From NCBI RefSeq assembly GCF_026571515.1, contig NW_026867385.1, positions 124,001 to 188,000 on the forward strand: a stretch of DNA of 64,000 nucleotides. Direction: 5' to 3'. This document shows positions 26,166-41,586 of this stretch, piece by piece. The stretch comes from Ruditapes philippinarum. Its lineage: Eukaryota. The notes under the pieces were generated by a model. It ran no database searches. It saw only the letters and a list, made by a program, of their open reading frames with translations, and was not told where the DNA came from. A program made the translations under genes and the position numbers. Positions within the stretch are counted from its first letter, which is position 1; each line of letters begins with the position of its first letter.

Positions 26166-29100
26166 AATATTATTTGATCGATATTAGGTACGGAATGACT
26201 AATTGTGAGTTCATAATTTCTGTAAATGATGAAAGCGTTGAAGCAAATAATAACTTTGAACAAAGATTGAACGTTTTTAGACATTTACCTGTATTATTAT
26301 TAGTAAGAACTATCTTAAAGAGATACGCATGATTTCTTAGTCAGTTCTGCGTGATTTCTAAATGAGAACAAAATATAGTAAACAAGATCAACAAGGAAAG
26401 GCGATGTTCAATGAACGCAACCCCAACACGATCCAGCAACAAGAACCGATGGAACAAGTTGTTATTTATTAAAACAGGGCCAATAAAATATCAGACCACG
26501 ATTATTTGTTACACGTTCTATTTCAAGGTTAAAGTTGTGTACAATTGTTTAAACTTTTATTGTTTTCACTTTAGCATATCATGTATTTTTTGTAAAATAT
26601 TATTCGTGTAGATATTTCTATTCTTTTTCTTTTTCAAATTTTCAATTATTCAGTATATCTCAATAAAAAAGACAGAACCAAATGACAATTACATAAAATT
26701 TAAAATAAGCAAACCTGTAGATTTTGACATACAAAAGAGCAGAAATGAAAACTAGTTTCCATATATACCCTTGTGTTTTTGGCTCATTATCTTCTACGCT
26801 TTTGGCTGAGGCATGTTACTTTATTATTTCATTATTTTTTCCATTTTTTAATCAGATAAAGCTAATTTTGAATTTAGTAATCTTTGATTACTGTGACCTT
26901 TTAAATTCCGGGGAAAATAATGAAAACACAACTTTTACTAGCTGATAACATAAATTGCATTAAAGGTTATTTTTAATAGTTTATTACAACTGATGGTGAA
27001 TAGGTAGTCATTTATCTGATCGCGTGACAAGTGGCGTTTCATGGGGTAAAAGTAAAAGATTTCTTGGAGAAAGGGTAAAATGATGACCAATGAAAATCCT
27101 ACTTTTGATACGCATAGACAAGCACTCTTATCCAAACTACCTTACCTAATGCCTTCCAAAACCTTCTTTGCGGTTTTGAAAACTTACAAATTTAAATATG
27201 GTTTTTAAATGTGTACAAGCCTTAATTGTTGCCACTGGGCATTTAACGTCGTTGCGGACCGATCGCACGGAATCCTCAGCAATATACTTATGCTATTCTT
27301 AGACCAGATCCCTAGTGTTGTAGCAGCAAAACCCTATAAAAGATATTTTAATAACATATATTTATCCTTTTGACTTTCTATTACTTATCAAAATCCAGAC
27401 ATTCTTTTTCCAAATATGAATTAGTATAAGTAATTACTATTCAAAATTTGTTTTCATATTCATTTCCAAAATTAACAAGAAATAATAATAACAATAATAA
27501 ATAACTAAACAATTAAAATAACATGTGATATTTGTGTATATTTAACATTTATTTATTCCATTATATTTGTAATGTACATGCATATTATTTTGTGTTTCAC
27601 TAAATAAGCATGTAATCACATCACTTCGTATACCTTTATGAGTAAATATTTTGGGTTTGTGATGTTATTATGACGATTTTGTAAATAATTAGTTTTAATG
27701 TTCATTTTTTTTATTTTCATGCAGACTTAATATATATAAAAATCTGAACACACATTTTTTCAACCTTAACCTTTAATGGTATGATTTACAAGTGTTATTT
27801 AATAATTGCAACACTTACTTATTTTATTAAGTCACGTTTAAGTGTTCGTTGGAAATGTCGTCTGCAGAGAAAAAAGAATTGTCTATGACGTAGGTTTTGA
27901 CATATTGCTGATTCTCGCAGAATTGATATTCCAATCTTTATAAAGCAATCTTATGGGAAATCTGTGATATTTCAATAGAAATGAAAAATGAATATTCTGT
28001 TCCAGACGACAAAATGTAATTTCAATTTTCTAGATAAACTGACCTGAAGCGTTGGTGCGAGTCAAAAATTCATACTGTTATATCAATAGATAGTTATATT
28101 TATATTAATGTGTCTCTAAATCAAACAAATGGTCATATGGTAATTCCATACAGCAAAGCTGTAAATGATGCAGGTTGTTTCTTTACTGGTTAAGGACGGC
28201 TTATTGTTCTAAAACAAGGAAGAACCCAAATCAACCTACTCTTTCAACCATTGTCTATGAATACTCCGTACAGACAAGCATGGAACGCCAATGGTTAAAA
28301 GATTCCTCGCGTATTTATTGAAAAGGGATTGATTATAATGAAATTATTTTCCTGTAACAGTGATAATAAATACGGTAATGATTAGAAGAAGTCTCATCAG
28401 TCAATAAATAACACATTAATAGCCTTAATAATGTGTATGAAAAATATTAAGATCGCATAATTGTACAAAAGTATACGTAATCGATATGATGGTCGTCTAG
28501 AATTGCGTTGATACAGACACATTAAAACATTAACATGTTCCCATTTGTATAATGTTTTTCTCTGTTGTGTAACACTTCACTGTGCAATATAAACATTTGT
28601 ACTTTAGGAGTTTTTATGACCTGAATGAATTCCATTGACTGCACGTACACCACTGCAGCGATCGATACGCGTATTAACCAAAAACCAATACTTTCAATCA
28701 GCGCAAAAGCACTGATGACGTAAGTCCACTTGTTTTTTAATAAGTACTCCAGCTCCAATAAAAACTCTGTCACGCTCTTTTGCGTTCTAGAAATTCCACT
28801 TATGAATGTTTAGACGTTTTGATGAAATAAAAAATTGATATAAAAGATCAGAAAAGCATATTTTTTTTATTTTATATTCTACTGGAGGGAGTTATAAAAA
28901 AGTTGTTCTTATTTTACAAATATGAAATGATTTAGAAAAAAAAGAAAAAATTTCAGCAAAGTACTCAACTGCTGTTGAAGCATGTTTCTTCATCTATTTT
29001 GTACTTAAGATTGATGTTAATCCGATAAAAGAAAACCTAATACAAATTTATACCCTGAAAGTAGGAAAGTAATGACCAAGGGGAGAAAGCAATATTCAAC

Positions 29101-31384
29101 GTTACCTGTCGATTTTATGCTAACCAAAATAGAAATAATTCACTTACCTATAAAATGTAAATAAGTATAAAGAAATATTAACATACAGACATTTAAAAAA
29201 CATAATTGGGGTGAATACCGTGCCTGGCACTTAATTACTACCACATATACACTTTTTACAACATGACCGCCGACGCCTCCTGTCCTACTGATCTACTTCA
29301 ATTTTTATAATACAAAACAAAATGTCTGTAAAAGTCTAGTAAGAAGATACCCCTAGAGAGCAATTAAAATCTTTCAGACTTAAAGTTGCTAGAGCTTGTT
29401 TAATTAACAATAGTTCAACATACACGCTTTCTCCCACCTCCTCCTAAAATATTTAAAATAACACTTATAAATCATCCTTTTTTTAAGTTTTGTAAACATC
29501 TTATGCATTAACCATATAAGGTGATTTTAAACAATTATGATATGAATAAACATACATGTTAATCATTAAAGACGCTGACATTTACTGGAAGCAATGTCTG
29601 GCTGAGATAAATGTACCTGTTGTAGAAAAAAACAATATCCACAATTTTCGTTTAAATGTCATCAGCAGATATATATTTCTTAATAAATTTTAATTTCTAA
29701 AAAGCAAATGGCAAATGTTATTAATTTCGTGTCAATTGATGAAACAAGTAATCTGAATATTAAAGTAAATAAAGAAAAGATAACTCAAAAACTTTGTTTT
29801 GAAGGTCATCATATGACATATTAAAAAATGTGGGTTTAAGGTTAGTGCATTTTGTCTTGTTTACATCGTTTATAAGCAATCATATAATGTTACCAAAGGT
29901 TAATGTTGCAGACAAAGACAACCTTTATCTACAATTATTATCTACCATTTGTATCGATTTACTCTTTTGACTGGATAAATAAATGGTAAATAAAGTCCAA
30001 AGAGCTTTTTCTGATCTTTTAACCTGTTTACTTAGAAATTTGTATAATAAATAAAAGTCGCAAAGTTTTCCAAGAAGGAGCTCGTCTCATCTTAAGGTGA
30101 ATGCTAAGATATTGTCATTAAACAAAAAAAAATCTCGAGCAAGATTACTGCTCTTGATGTCTTTATTTTATTCTTTCTTATGTTCATTGAATGTCACGTA
30201 CTGCCACAAAATGATAAACTGCATTATTTGATAATTATTGATAGCACATTACCAAGATATTATCAAACAGTTAACATTTAAAATCAAAAGGACAATGACT
30301 TGTTTATATCTCAAAAGATCACTGCTCAACCGCCTAGATACATTAAAAATAAAAAGAAAGAAAAATTATATGACTTTAAGTCACGTTTGGGTGATCATTG
30401 GAATTCTGAAATGTCATCTGCTGAGAAAGAAGAAATGGCTATGACGTAGGCTTTGACATATTGCTGATTTCTGGAAAAGAAAACCTTATTCCAATCTGTA
30501 CAAAGCAATCAATCTTATCATCAATAAGATTGTATTGTACTACTTGTAATGAAGAATACAATGATGTCAGTGAACCTTTTTAGAGAAACGTTAAATGTGT
30601 TGTGCTTTAGTCTTAAGATTTCAAACATTTAGTATGATACTGAGGGCTATCTTGAACAAAATTGTCAGTCATGCAAAATTTTTCTTTTAAATTTTTTTAT
30701 ATTTAGAAAAGTAACAAGAATTTATATCTAAAATTTTTGTAAAAGTTTATTTATTTTACAAAAAACTAAAACAACGCCTAACTTCATTTGTTTTAAATGT
30801 ATGTACAATAATATAACGTTTTTGTAGTAAAAGACCCTTTCTCAGTGAGCAATATTTTTACCTGTGTAGTCTGACCAGGCCCTTGAACTTTTGGCTGCAC
30901 ATCATTTTGTATTTTGTTATTGAAATCCTTTGATTTTTCAAATGACTTTACTAAATTCAAAGCAGAACAAGTCCATTAAAAATAGATAAGCAGATTAAGT
31001 GTAAACCCTCAAAACATCTGAAACATGATTTTTGTTCAATTGACAGATACACGATATTTGTTTACAGTATGAATTCGCATTATTAGTGTTATTTTCTTTA
31101 ATTTGTCCTATATTTTACACATTCAATATGTAAAACATAGAACAAAGTAATAAAAATAACATTACCAATACAAAACTTATTGTAATTCGCAACATTTTAT
31201 ACCATGAAGCTATTGTCCTTTTTTGTTGAAACGTAAGAAAAATTTAAGAAATTGGTTTAAATATACACATAAGTTTTAATATAAGATATTCCGAAAACGT
31301 TACATTACATTTTCTCCTAATAATTGATGTCCACATCCTCAAAAGCACACAACATATATCAGGTAACGTTGATGGCTGATTTTT

Positions 31385-31628
31385 GGTGGCGACTGAAACG
31401 AAATGGTTGAATCCCGCAACTTCATTGAAACACGTTCACCAATACGATGGAGCATTCAAAAATGTGACTTGTCGAGATGAAACTTGAACTTGTCCGTGAA
31501 AAGAAGAAGTGTCCAGTCCTGCTACGTGAAGGAATGTATCCTCTGCATCAGGCAAAACGTGCAACGCGATGATGTCGCTTGGGAAAAGCACGTATGGCTG
31601 AATGTCTTGGACATATGCCGCTTTTAAA
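31385..31628 (-). pseudogene. Tc1 transposase remnant, U2
   Basis: Paralog of 23745-23995. Confidence 0.75.
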
Positions 31629-32465
31629 ATTGCTTTTTTTCCAGAAATTTATGAATACCTAAATCTATTTTCATTGGTAATATATATAAAATCCTATGAC
31701 GTAATAAAACATTTGCCATTTCGTAAATTGGTGAGTGACAGTAGTGTTTCATTTATTACAATCGCACCGTAAATATAAACTGTCTCATTTTAGATCTCAA
31801 ATATAGAGATATTGATTAACTTTAAACAATAGTTCTAAGCTCATGTTCAAATAGCCCATTTAAGAATCATGAACAAGTTGATATAAATGCATGTAACATA
31901 CATCTTGATGATACATTGCTTTCTATGAAAATGAATACATTTGCTCTTTATCATAAAATATGTATTTTCAATGAAATACATGTTAAACTTTAACCTTTTT
32001 ACCTACTTATTTCCAAAATGGACTTGACCAACTTTCCATATTTGTTTTTTATTGTATAAGTAACGTTGATTATTAAGTGTTGCTTAAGCGTTGCTTTGTA
32101 CCAACTTGATATCAAAATAAGATCGTACAAATCCCATTGGCCATAAATATGGCGGGGTGGATGAGGGAAATTATGTGCCTGGAATTAACGTAGAAACTAG
32201 TTCAGACATGACTACATGATAAAATAGATAACTGTTTGACCGATATTAAATAATTCTGCACAAAAATAAAGGGATAGTGGTGAACTAAATAATTGCTAGT
32301 GATTTTACCGCAATAGTTATGCATATAACTATGCTGATGTATTCACGCCATCTGGCACCGGCTAGATAGGCACTCAATTTTTAACAACTAATGTGCTAGA
32401 ATCAATCATCCCGAAAGACCAGAAGAATATAACAACTCTGGATGTAACATGGGTCTTAACAACTG

Positions 32466-32905
32466 ACCCCGCATTCACAAAGAAAAAATTAGGATCAAAT
32501 GATCCTGATTTTATTTTCATTGTTTTATGACATTAGAAATTATCGTATTTTGCTAGAATTAAATGGTACTTATTCAAAATTTAAAGAATTACTGATTTGC
32601 AAAAACAAACTTATTTTGGGATAAAATCGACGAATTAAAAAACAAAATTAGAAATAATTGTATAAAAACAAAATGAGGATCAGTTTTCGGATCAAGATCA
32701 AAATTTGGATCAACTGTAAATGCCCATATCTTGCAAATATAACAATAAATTTACTCTAAAATTTCATAAACATGCCATTTCAAGTCCAATTTTATCAAGT
32801 TATTATTAAATATTTAATCTATAATGATTAACAATGGAGAATATTTGAGTTTTTAAATTTGATCCTGATTTTGATCCTGATCCTTAAATCTTTGTGAACA
32901 CGGGC
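32466..32905. mobile_element. Harbinger-like MITE, U3 copy
   Basis: Paralog of 24861-25288 at the same position in the unit. Confidence 0.75.
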
Positions 32906-35900
32906 CTACTGTTGTATAAAGTATAAAAATATAACCAAATAAATCATTTGGAAAAAAGATGATCCCTCGGAAGCATTTAAAACAACAAAATTACATGAAA
33001 ATTGAAGACCCGGTTTGGTTAAGTCTGTACATGAGTAATAATGAAAAAGTGCAATATACCTCACGCCTCTACCAACGGCTTGAGCGCTACTCAATTTTTT
33101 TATACTTAATGTCCTGGAATCAATGATCCCGAAATACCAGAAAAATATAACAACACTGAACCCTTACCACGTCGCCAATTATCTTAAATAGGCCGTATCT
33201 TTTATAAGGTTAAAACGATTCATCTCTTTAAAGGTTAATTTAAAACCAACAACATAATAGGGGACAATATAGATCATGATCAGACAGTCTTTAATTGAGG
33301 ACTTCTGAGGTCATCAAGCATGAAATTAACACTTCTTTCTTGGTATCAATGAAGCCGCCTACATCTAGAATATTTTCTTTTGTATGATTTCCTCTTTTTT
33401 GCAATACGATAAGAACATGAGCAAATTTGTTATTCAACAGATACATTTTATTATTATCATTATTGCCACTACAATATAGTTACATGGTATTGCATTTTGT
33501 ATTGACGTTTAATGTAATTAAGGCTTCATGAATACTCAGTATATAATGTTCGCTGCCCTGCAGGATAGCTTTGCTGGGATCTTATGATATGACGAGGACC
33601 GCGTTCTGTAAAAGTCGCTTTGCCATAATGGTCTGCGTTCTCATACTAATAATTTGTATGAATTTATATAAACTCCATTTAGGCTTTAGCACGGTATCAT
33701 ATGACTGATGAATTATCAAAGTAACTGGAAAATACCATTATTGAGAAACATTCATTCTATTGCAGTTCAAAGAAAATTCCAGGTACTTGCAAAGTTTATA
33801 CGAAAGGCCAATATCATTATCAGAAGTTCAAAACCAATCATTTATTTTGAAAAGAGCCAATCAGAAAATATCATTTCATTGATATTAGGTACGGAATGAC
33901 TAATTGTGAGTTCATAATTTCTGTAAATGATTAAAGCGTTGGAGTAAATAATAACTTAGAACACAAAATATTGAACGTTTTTAGACATTTACCTGTCATA
34001 TTATTAGTAAGAACTATCTTAAAGAGATACGCACGATTTCTTAGTCAGTTCTGCGTGATTTCTAAATGAGAACAAATATAGTAAACAAGATCAACAAGGA
34101 AAGGCGACGTTCAATGAACGCAACCCCAAACACGACCCAGCAACAAGAACCGATGGATCAAGTTGTTATGTATTAAGACAGGTCCAATAAAATATCAGAC
34201 CACGATTATTTGTTACACGTTCTATTTCTAGGTTAAAGTTGTGTACAATTGTTTAAGCTTTTATTGTTATCATGTATTTTTTGTAAAATATTGTTCGTGT
34301 AGATATTTCTATTCTTTTTCTTTTTCAATTTTTCAATTATTCAGTATATTTCAATAATAAAGACAGAACCAAATGACAATTACATAAAATCTAAAATAAG
34401 CAAACCTGTAGATTTTGACATACAAAAGAGCAGAAATAAAAACTAGTTTCCATATATACCCTTGTGTTTTTGGCTCATCATCTTCTACGCTTTTGGCTGA
34501 GGCTGGTTTCTTTTTTATTTTATTATTATTATTTCCATTTTTTAATCAGATAAAGCTAATTTTGAATTTAGTAATCTTTGATTACTGTGACCTTTTAAAT
34601 TCCGGGGAAAATAATGAAAACACAACTTTTACTAGCTGATAACATAAATTGCATTAAAGGTTATTTTTAATAGTTTATTACAACTGATGGTGAATAGGTA
34701 GTCATTTATCTGAGGCGTTTCGTGGGGTAAAAGTAAAAGATTTCTTGGAGAAAGGGTAAAATGATGACCAATGAAAATCCTACTTTTGAAACGCATAGAC
34801 AAGCACTCTTATCCAAACTACCTTACCTAATGCTTTCCAAAACCTTCTTTGGGGTTTTGAAAACTTACAAATTTAAATATGGTTTTTAAATGTGTACAAG
34901 TCTTATTTGTTGCCACTGGGCATTTAACGTCGATGCGGACCGATCGCACGGAATCCTCAGCAATATACTTATGCTATTCTTAGAAAAGATCCCTAGTGTT
35001 GTAGCAGCAAAACCCTATAAAAGATATTTAAATAACATATATTTCTCCTTTTGACTTTCTATTACTTATGAAAATCCAGACATACTTTTTCCAAATATGA
35101 ATTAGTATAAGTAATTACTATTCAAAATTTTATTCATATTCATTTCCAAAATTAACAAGAAATAATAAATAAATAACTAAACAATTAAAATAACATGTGA
35201 TATTTGTGTATATTTAACATTTATTTATTCCATTATATTTGTAATGTACATGCATATTATTTTGTGTTTCACTAAATAAGCATGTAATCACATCACTTCG
35301 TATACCTTTATGAGTAAATATTTTGGGTTTGTGATGTTATTATGACGATTTTGTAAATAATTAGTTTCAAGGTTCATTTTTTTTATTTTCATGCAGACTT
35401 AATATATATAAAAATCTGAACACACAGTTTTCGACCTTAACCTTTAATGGCATGATTTACAAGTGTTATTTAATAATTGCAACACTAACTTATTTTATTA
35501 AGTCACGTTTAAGTGTTCGTTGGATTAACTGAAATGTCGTCTGCAGAGAGAAAAGAATTGTCTATGACGTAGGTTTTGACATATTGCTGATTCTCGCAGA
35601 ATTGATATTCCAATCTTTATAAAGCAATCTTATGGGAAATCTGTGATATTTCAATAGAAATGAAAAATGAATATTCTGTTCCAGACGACAAAATGTAATT
35701 TCAATTTTCTAGATAAACTGACCTGAAGCGTTGGTGCGAGTCAAAAATTCATACTGTTATATCAATAGATAGTTATATTTATATTAATGTGTCTCTAAAT
35801 CAAACAAATGGTCATATGGTAATTCCATACAGCAAAACTGTAAATGATGCAGGTTGTTTCTTTACTAGTTAAGGACGGCTTATTGTTCTAAAGCAAGGAA

Positions 35901-38900
35901 GAACCAAAATCAACCTACTCGTTCAACCATTGTCTATGAATACTCCGTACAGACACGCATTGAACGCCAATGGTTAAAAAATTCCGCGCGTATTTATTGA
36001 AAAGGGGTGGATTATAATGAAATTATTTTCCTGTTACAGTGATAATAAATAAGGCTATGATTAGAAAAAGTCTTATCAGTCAATAAATAACACATTAATC
36101 GACGAAAAGTATTTAGAACACATAATTGTACAAAAGTATACGTAATCGATATGATGGCCGTCTAGAATTGCGTTGATACAGACACATTAAAACATTAACA
36201 TGTTCACATTTGTATAACTGTTTTTCTCTGTTGTGTAACACTTCACTGTGCAATATAAACATTCGTACTTTAGGAGTTTTTATGACCTGAATGAATTTTT
36301 GACTGCACATACACCACTGCAGCGATCGATTAGCGTATTAACCAATAACCAATACTTTCAATCAGCGCAAAGGCACTGATGACGTAAGTCCACTTGTTTT
36401 TTAATAAGTACACCAGCTCCAATAAACATGTCACGCTCTTTTGCGTTCTAGAAATTCCACTTACGAATATTTAGACGTTCTGATGAAATAAAAGTATGAT
36501 AGAAAAGATCAGAACAGCAATTTCTTTGTTTTTATATTCTACTGGAGAGAATTGTATAAGAAATTATTTCATTTTACAAATATGAAATGATTTAAAAAAG
36601 AAATTTCAGCAAAGTATTCAACTGCTGTTGAAGCATGTTTCTTCATCTATTTAACAAATATCACTACTTTGTACTTAAGATTGATGTTAATCCGATAAAA
36701 GAAAACCTAATCCAAATTTATACCCTGAAAGTAGGAAAGTAATGACCAAGGGGAGAAAGCAATATTCAACGTTACCTGTCGATTTATGTTAACCAAAATA
36801 GAAATAATTCACTTACCTTTAAAATGTAAATAAGTATAAAGAAATATTTACAAACAGACATTTAAAAAACATAATTGGGGTGAATACCGTGCCTGGCACT
36901 TAATTACCACCACATATACACTTTTACAACATGACCGCCGACGCCTCCTGTCCTACTGATCTACTTCAATTTTTATAATACAAAACAAAATGTTTGTAAA
37001 AGTCTAGTAAGAAGATACCCCTAGAGAGCAATTAAAATCTTTCAGACTTAAAGTTGCTAGAGCTTGTTTAATTTACAATAGTTCAACATACACGCTTTCT
37101 CCCACCTCCTCCTAAAATATTTAAAATAACACTTATAAATCATCTTTTTTTTTAAAGTTTTGTAAACATCTTATGCATTAACCATATAAGGTTATTTTAA
37201 ACAATTATGATATGAATAAACATACATGTTAATCATTAAAGACGCTGACATTTACTGGAAGCAATGTCTGGCTGAGATAAATGTACCTGTTGTAGAAAAA
37301 AAACAATATCCACAATTTTCGTTTAAATGTCATCAGCAGATACATATTTCTTAATAAATTTTAATTTCTAAAAAGCAAATGGCAAATGTTATTAATTTCG
37401 TGTCAATTGATGAAACAAATAATCTGAATATTAAAGTAAATAAAGAAATGATAACTCAAAGACTTTGTTTTGAAGGTCATCATACATATAAAAAAATGTG
37501 GGTTTAACGTTAGGGCATTTTGTCTTGTTTTTACATCGTTATAAGCAATCATATAATGTTACCAAAGGTTAATGTTGCAGACAAAGACAACCTTTATCTA
37601 CAATTATTATCTGCCATTTGTATCGATTTACTCTTTTGACTGGATGAATAAGTGGTAAAAAGATACCAAAGACCTTTTTCTGATCTTTTAATCTGTTTAC
37701 TTAGAAATTTGTATCACCTTAATAAAGATGAATGCTAAGATATTGTCATTAAACAAAATATCTCGGGCAAGGTTACTGCTCTTGATATTGTTATTTTTTT
37801 TCTTTCTTATGTTCATGGAATGTCACGTACTGCCACAAAATGATAAACTGCATTATTTGATAATTATTGATAGCACATTACCAAGATTTTATCAAACATT
37901 TAACATTTAAAATCAAAAGGACAATGACTTGTTTACATCTCAAAAGATCACTGCTCAACCGCCTAGATACATTAAAAATAAAAAGAAAGAAAAATTATAT
38001 GACTTTAAGTCACGTTTGGGTGATCATTGGAATTCTGAAATGTCATCTGCTGAGAAAGAAGAAATGGCTATGACGTAGGTTTTGACATATTGCTGATTTC
38101 TGGAAAAGAAAACCTTATTCCAATCTGTACAAAGCAATCAATCTTATCATCAATAATATTGTATTGTACTAATTGTAATGAAGAATACAATGATGTCAGT
38201 GAACCTTTTTAGAGAAACGTTAAATGTGTTGTGCTTTAGTCTTAAGATTTCAAAACTTTAGTATGATACTGAGGGCTTTCTTGAACAAAATTGTCAGTCA
38301 TGCAAAATTTTTCTTTAAATTTTTTTATATTTAGAAAAGTAACAAGAATTTATATCTGATATTTTTGTAAAATTTTATTTATTTTACAAAAAAACTAAAA
38401 CAACGCCTAACTTCATTTGTTTTAATTGTATACACAATAATATAACGTTTTTGTAGTAAAAGACCCTTTCTCAGTGAGCAATATTTTTTACCTGTGTAGT
38501 CTGACCAGGCCCTTGAACTTTTGGCTGCACATCATTTTGTATTTCGTTATTGAAATCCTTTGATTTTTTAAATGACTTTACTAAATTCAAAGCAGAACAA
38601 GCATTAAAAATAGCTAAGCAGATTCAGTGTAAACCCTCAAAACATCTGAAACATGATTTATGTACATGTTCAATTGACAGATACACGATATTTGTTTACA
38701 GAATCAATTCGCATAATTAGTGTTATTTTCATTATTTTGTCCAATGTGTTACACATTCAATATGTAAAACATAGAACAAAGTAATGAAAATAGCGTTAAT
38801 AGTACGAAACGTATTGTGATTCGCAATATTTCATACCATGAAACAATTGTCCTTTTTTGTTGAAACGTACGAAAAATTTAAGAAATTCGTTTAGTTTTAA

Positions 38901-38999
38901 GATAAGATATTCCGAAAACGTTACATTTTCTCATATTAATTGATGTCCATATCCTCACAATCACACATCACATATCAGGTAACCTTAATGGCTGATTTT

Positions 39000-39240
39000 T
39001 GGTGGCGACCGAAAGGAAATAGCTGCATCACTGAAACATGTTCACCAATACGATGGAGCATCCAAAAACGTGAGTTACTGCTGTCGAGATGATACTTGAA
39101 CTTATCCGAGAAAAGAACACATTCCAAGTCCTGCTACGTGAAGAAAATGTATCCTCTGCATCAGGCAAAACGTGCTACACGATGATGTCGCTGGGGAAAA
39201 TTACGTATGGCTGAATGTATCGGACATATGCCGCTTTTGA
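39000..39240 (-). pseudogene. Tc1 transposase remnant, U3
   Basis: Paralog of 23745-23995. Confidence 0.75.
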
Positions 39241-41500
39241 AATTGCTTTTTTCCAGAAATTTATAAATACCTATGTCTATATCATCGGTAATATATATAA
39301 AATCCTATGACGTAATAAAACATTTGCCATTTCGTAAATTGGTGAGTGACAGAAGTGTTTCATTTATTACAATTGCTACATTGATATTAGGTACGGAATG
39401 ACTAATTGTGAGTTCATAATTTCTGTAAATGATTAAAGCGTTGGAGTAAATAATAACTTAGAACATAAAAGATTGAAAGTTTTTAGACATTCATCTTAAA
39501 GAGATACGCATGATTTCTTAGTCAGTTCTGCGTGATTTCTAATTGAGAACAAAATATAGTAAACAAGATCAACAAGGAAAGGCGACGTTCAATGAACGCA
39601 ACCCCAACACGACTCAGCAACAAGAACCGATGGAACAAGTTGTTATTTATTAAAACAGGTCCAATAAAATATCAGACCACGATTATTTGTTACACGTTCT
39701 ATTTCTAGGTTAAAGTTGTGTACAATTGTTTAAGCTTTTATTGTTTTCACTTAGCATATCATGTATTTTTTGTAAAATATTGTTCGTGTAGATATTTCTA
39801 TTCTTTTTCTTTTTTAAATTTTCAATTATAAGATTTTTAATGTGTAAAATTCTTACAGATAACTTTTAGCAGGAGAAAAATCACACAAAAGACCTGAAAC
39901 AAGTGTGTAATCTGAGTATCTCTAATAAAAAAGACAGAACCAAATGAAATTTACATAAAATTTAAAATAAGCAAACCTGTAGATTTTGACATACAAAAGA
40001 GCAGAAATGAAAACTAGTTTCCATATATTTTTGTTTTTGACTCATCATCTTCTACGCTTTTGGCTGAGGCTGGTTTGTTTTTTATTTTTTATTTTTTTCC
40101 ATTTTTTAATCAGATAAAGCTAATTTTGAATTTTGTAATCTTTGATTACTGTGACCTTTTAAATTCCGGGGAAAATAAAGAAAACACAAATTTTACTAGC
40201 TGATAACATAAATTGCATTAAAGGTTATTTTTAATAGTTTATTACAACTGATGGTGAATAGGTAGTCATTTATCTGATCGCGTGACAAGTGGCGTTCCAT
40301 GGGGTAAAAGTAAAAGATTTCTTGGAGAAAGGGTAAAATGATGACCAATAAAAATCCTTGTTTTGATACGCATAGACAAGCACTCTTATCCAAACTACCT
40401 TACCTAATGCCTTCCAAAACCTTCTTTGCGGTTTTGAAAACTTACAAATTTAAATATGGTTTTTAAATGTGTACAAGCCTTTATTGTTGCAACTGGGCAT
40501 TTAACGTCGTTGCGGACCGATCGCACGGAGTCCTCAGCAATATACTTATGCTATTCTTAGACCAGATCCCTAGTGTTGTAGCAGCAAAATCCTATAAAAG
40601 ATATTTAAATAACATATATTTATCCTTTTGACTTTCTATTACTTATCAAAATCCAGACATTCTTTTTCCAAATATGAATTAGTATAAGTAATAACTATTC
40701 AAAATTTGTTTTCATATTCATTTCCAAAATTAACAAGAAATAGTAAATAACTAAACAATTAAATAACATGTGATATTTGTGTATATTTAACATTTATTTA
40801 TTCCATTATATTTGTAATGTATATGCATATTATTTTGTGTTTCACTAAATAAGCATGTAATCACATCACTTTGTATACCTTTATGAGTAACTAGTTTGGG
40901 TTTGTGTTATTATGACGATTTTGTAAATAATTTGTTTTAATGTTCATTTTTTCCATGCAGACTTAATATATATAAAAATCTGAACACATATTTTTTCAAC
41001 CTTAACCTTTAATGGCATTATTTACAAGTGTTATTTAATAATTGCAACACGAACTTATTTCATTAAGTCACGTTTAAGTGTTCGTTGGATTAACTGAAAT
41101 GTCGTCTGCAGAGAGAAAAGAATTGTCTATGACGTAGGTTTTGACATATTGCTGATTCTCGCATAATTGATATTCCAATCTTTATAAAGCAATCTTATGG
41201 GAAATCTGTGATATTTCAATCGAAATGAAAAATGAATATTCTGTTCCAGACGACAAAATGTAATTTCAATTTTCTAGATAAACTGACCTGAAGCGTTGGT
41301 GCGAGTCAAAAATTCATACTGTTATATCAATAGATAGTTATATTTATATTAATGTGTCTCTAAATCAAACAAATGGTTATATGGTAATTCCATACAGCAA
41401 AGCTGTAAATGATGCAGGTTGTTTCTTTACTGGTTAAGGACGGCTTATTGTTCTAAAACAAGGAAGAACCCAAATCAACCTACTCTTTCAACCATTGTCT

Positions 41501-41586
41501 ATGAATACTCCGTACAGACAAGCATGGAACGCCAATGGTTAAAATGAATACTCCGTACAGACAAGCATGGAACGCCAATGGTTAAA
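41501..41586. repeat. ~43-bp tandem duplication private to U4
   Basis: ATGAATACTCCGTACAGACAAGCATGGAACGCCAATGGTTAAA x2; single copy in U2 and U3. Confidence 0.9.

Larger units (their letters stand above)
24304..31939. repeat. Young tandem array, unit U2 (full length ~7.64 kb)
   Basis: Collinear with U3 at an offset of ~7.55-7.7 kb, e.g. TACAAAAGAGCAGAAAT at 26730/34421 and core modules at 27831/35502 and 30380/38009. Confidence 0.95.
31940..39372. repeat. Young tandem array, unit U3 (3' end removed by junction-spanning deletion)
   Basis: Collinear with U2 up to TTTATTACAAT at ~39372. Confidence 0.95.
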
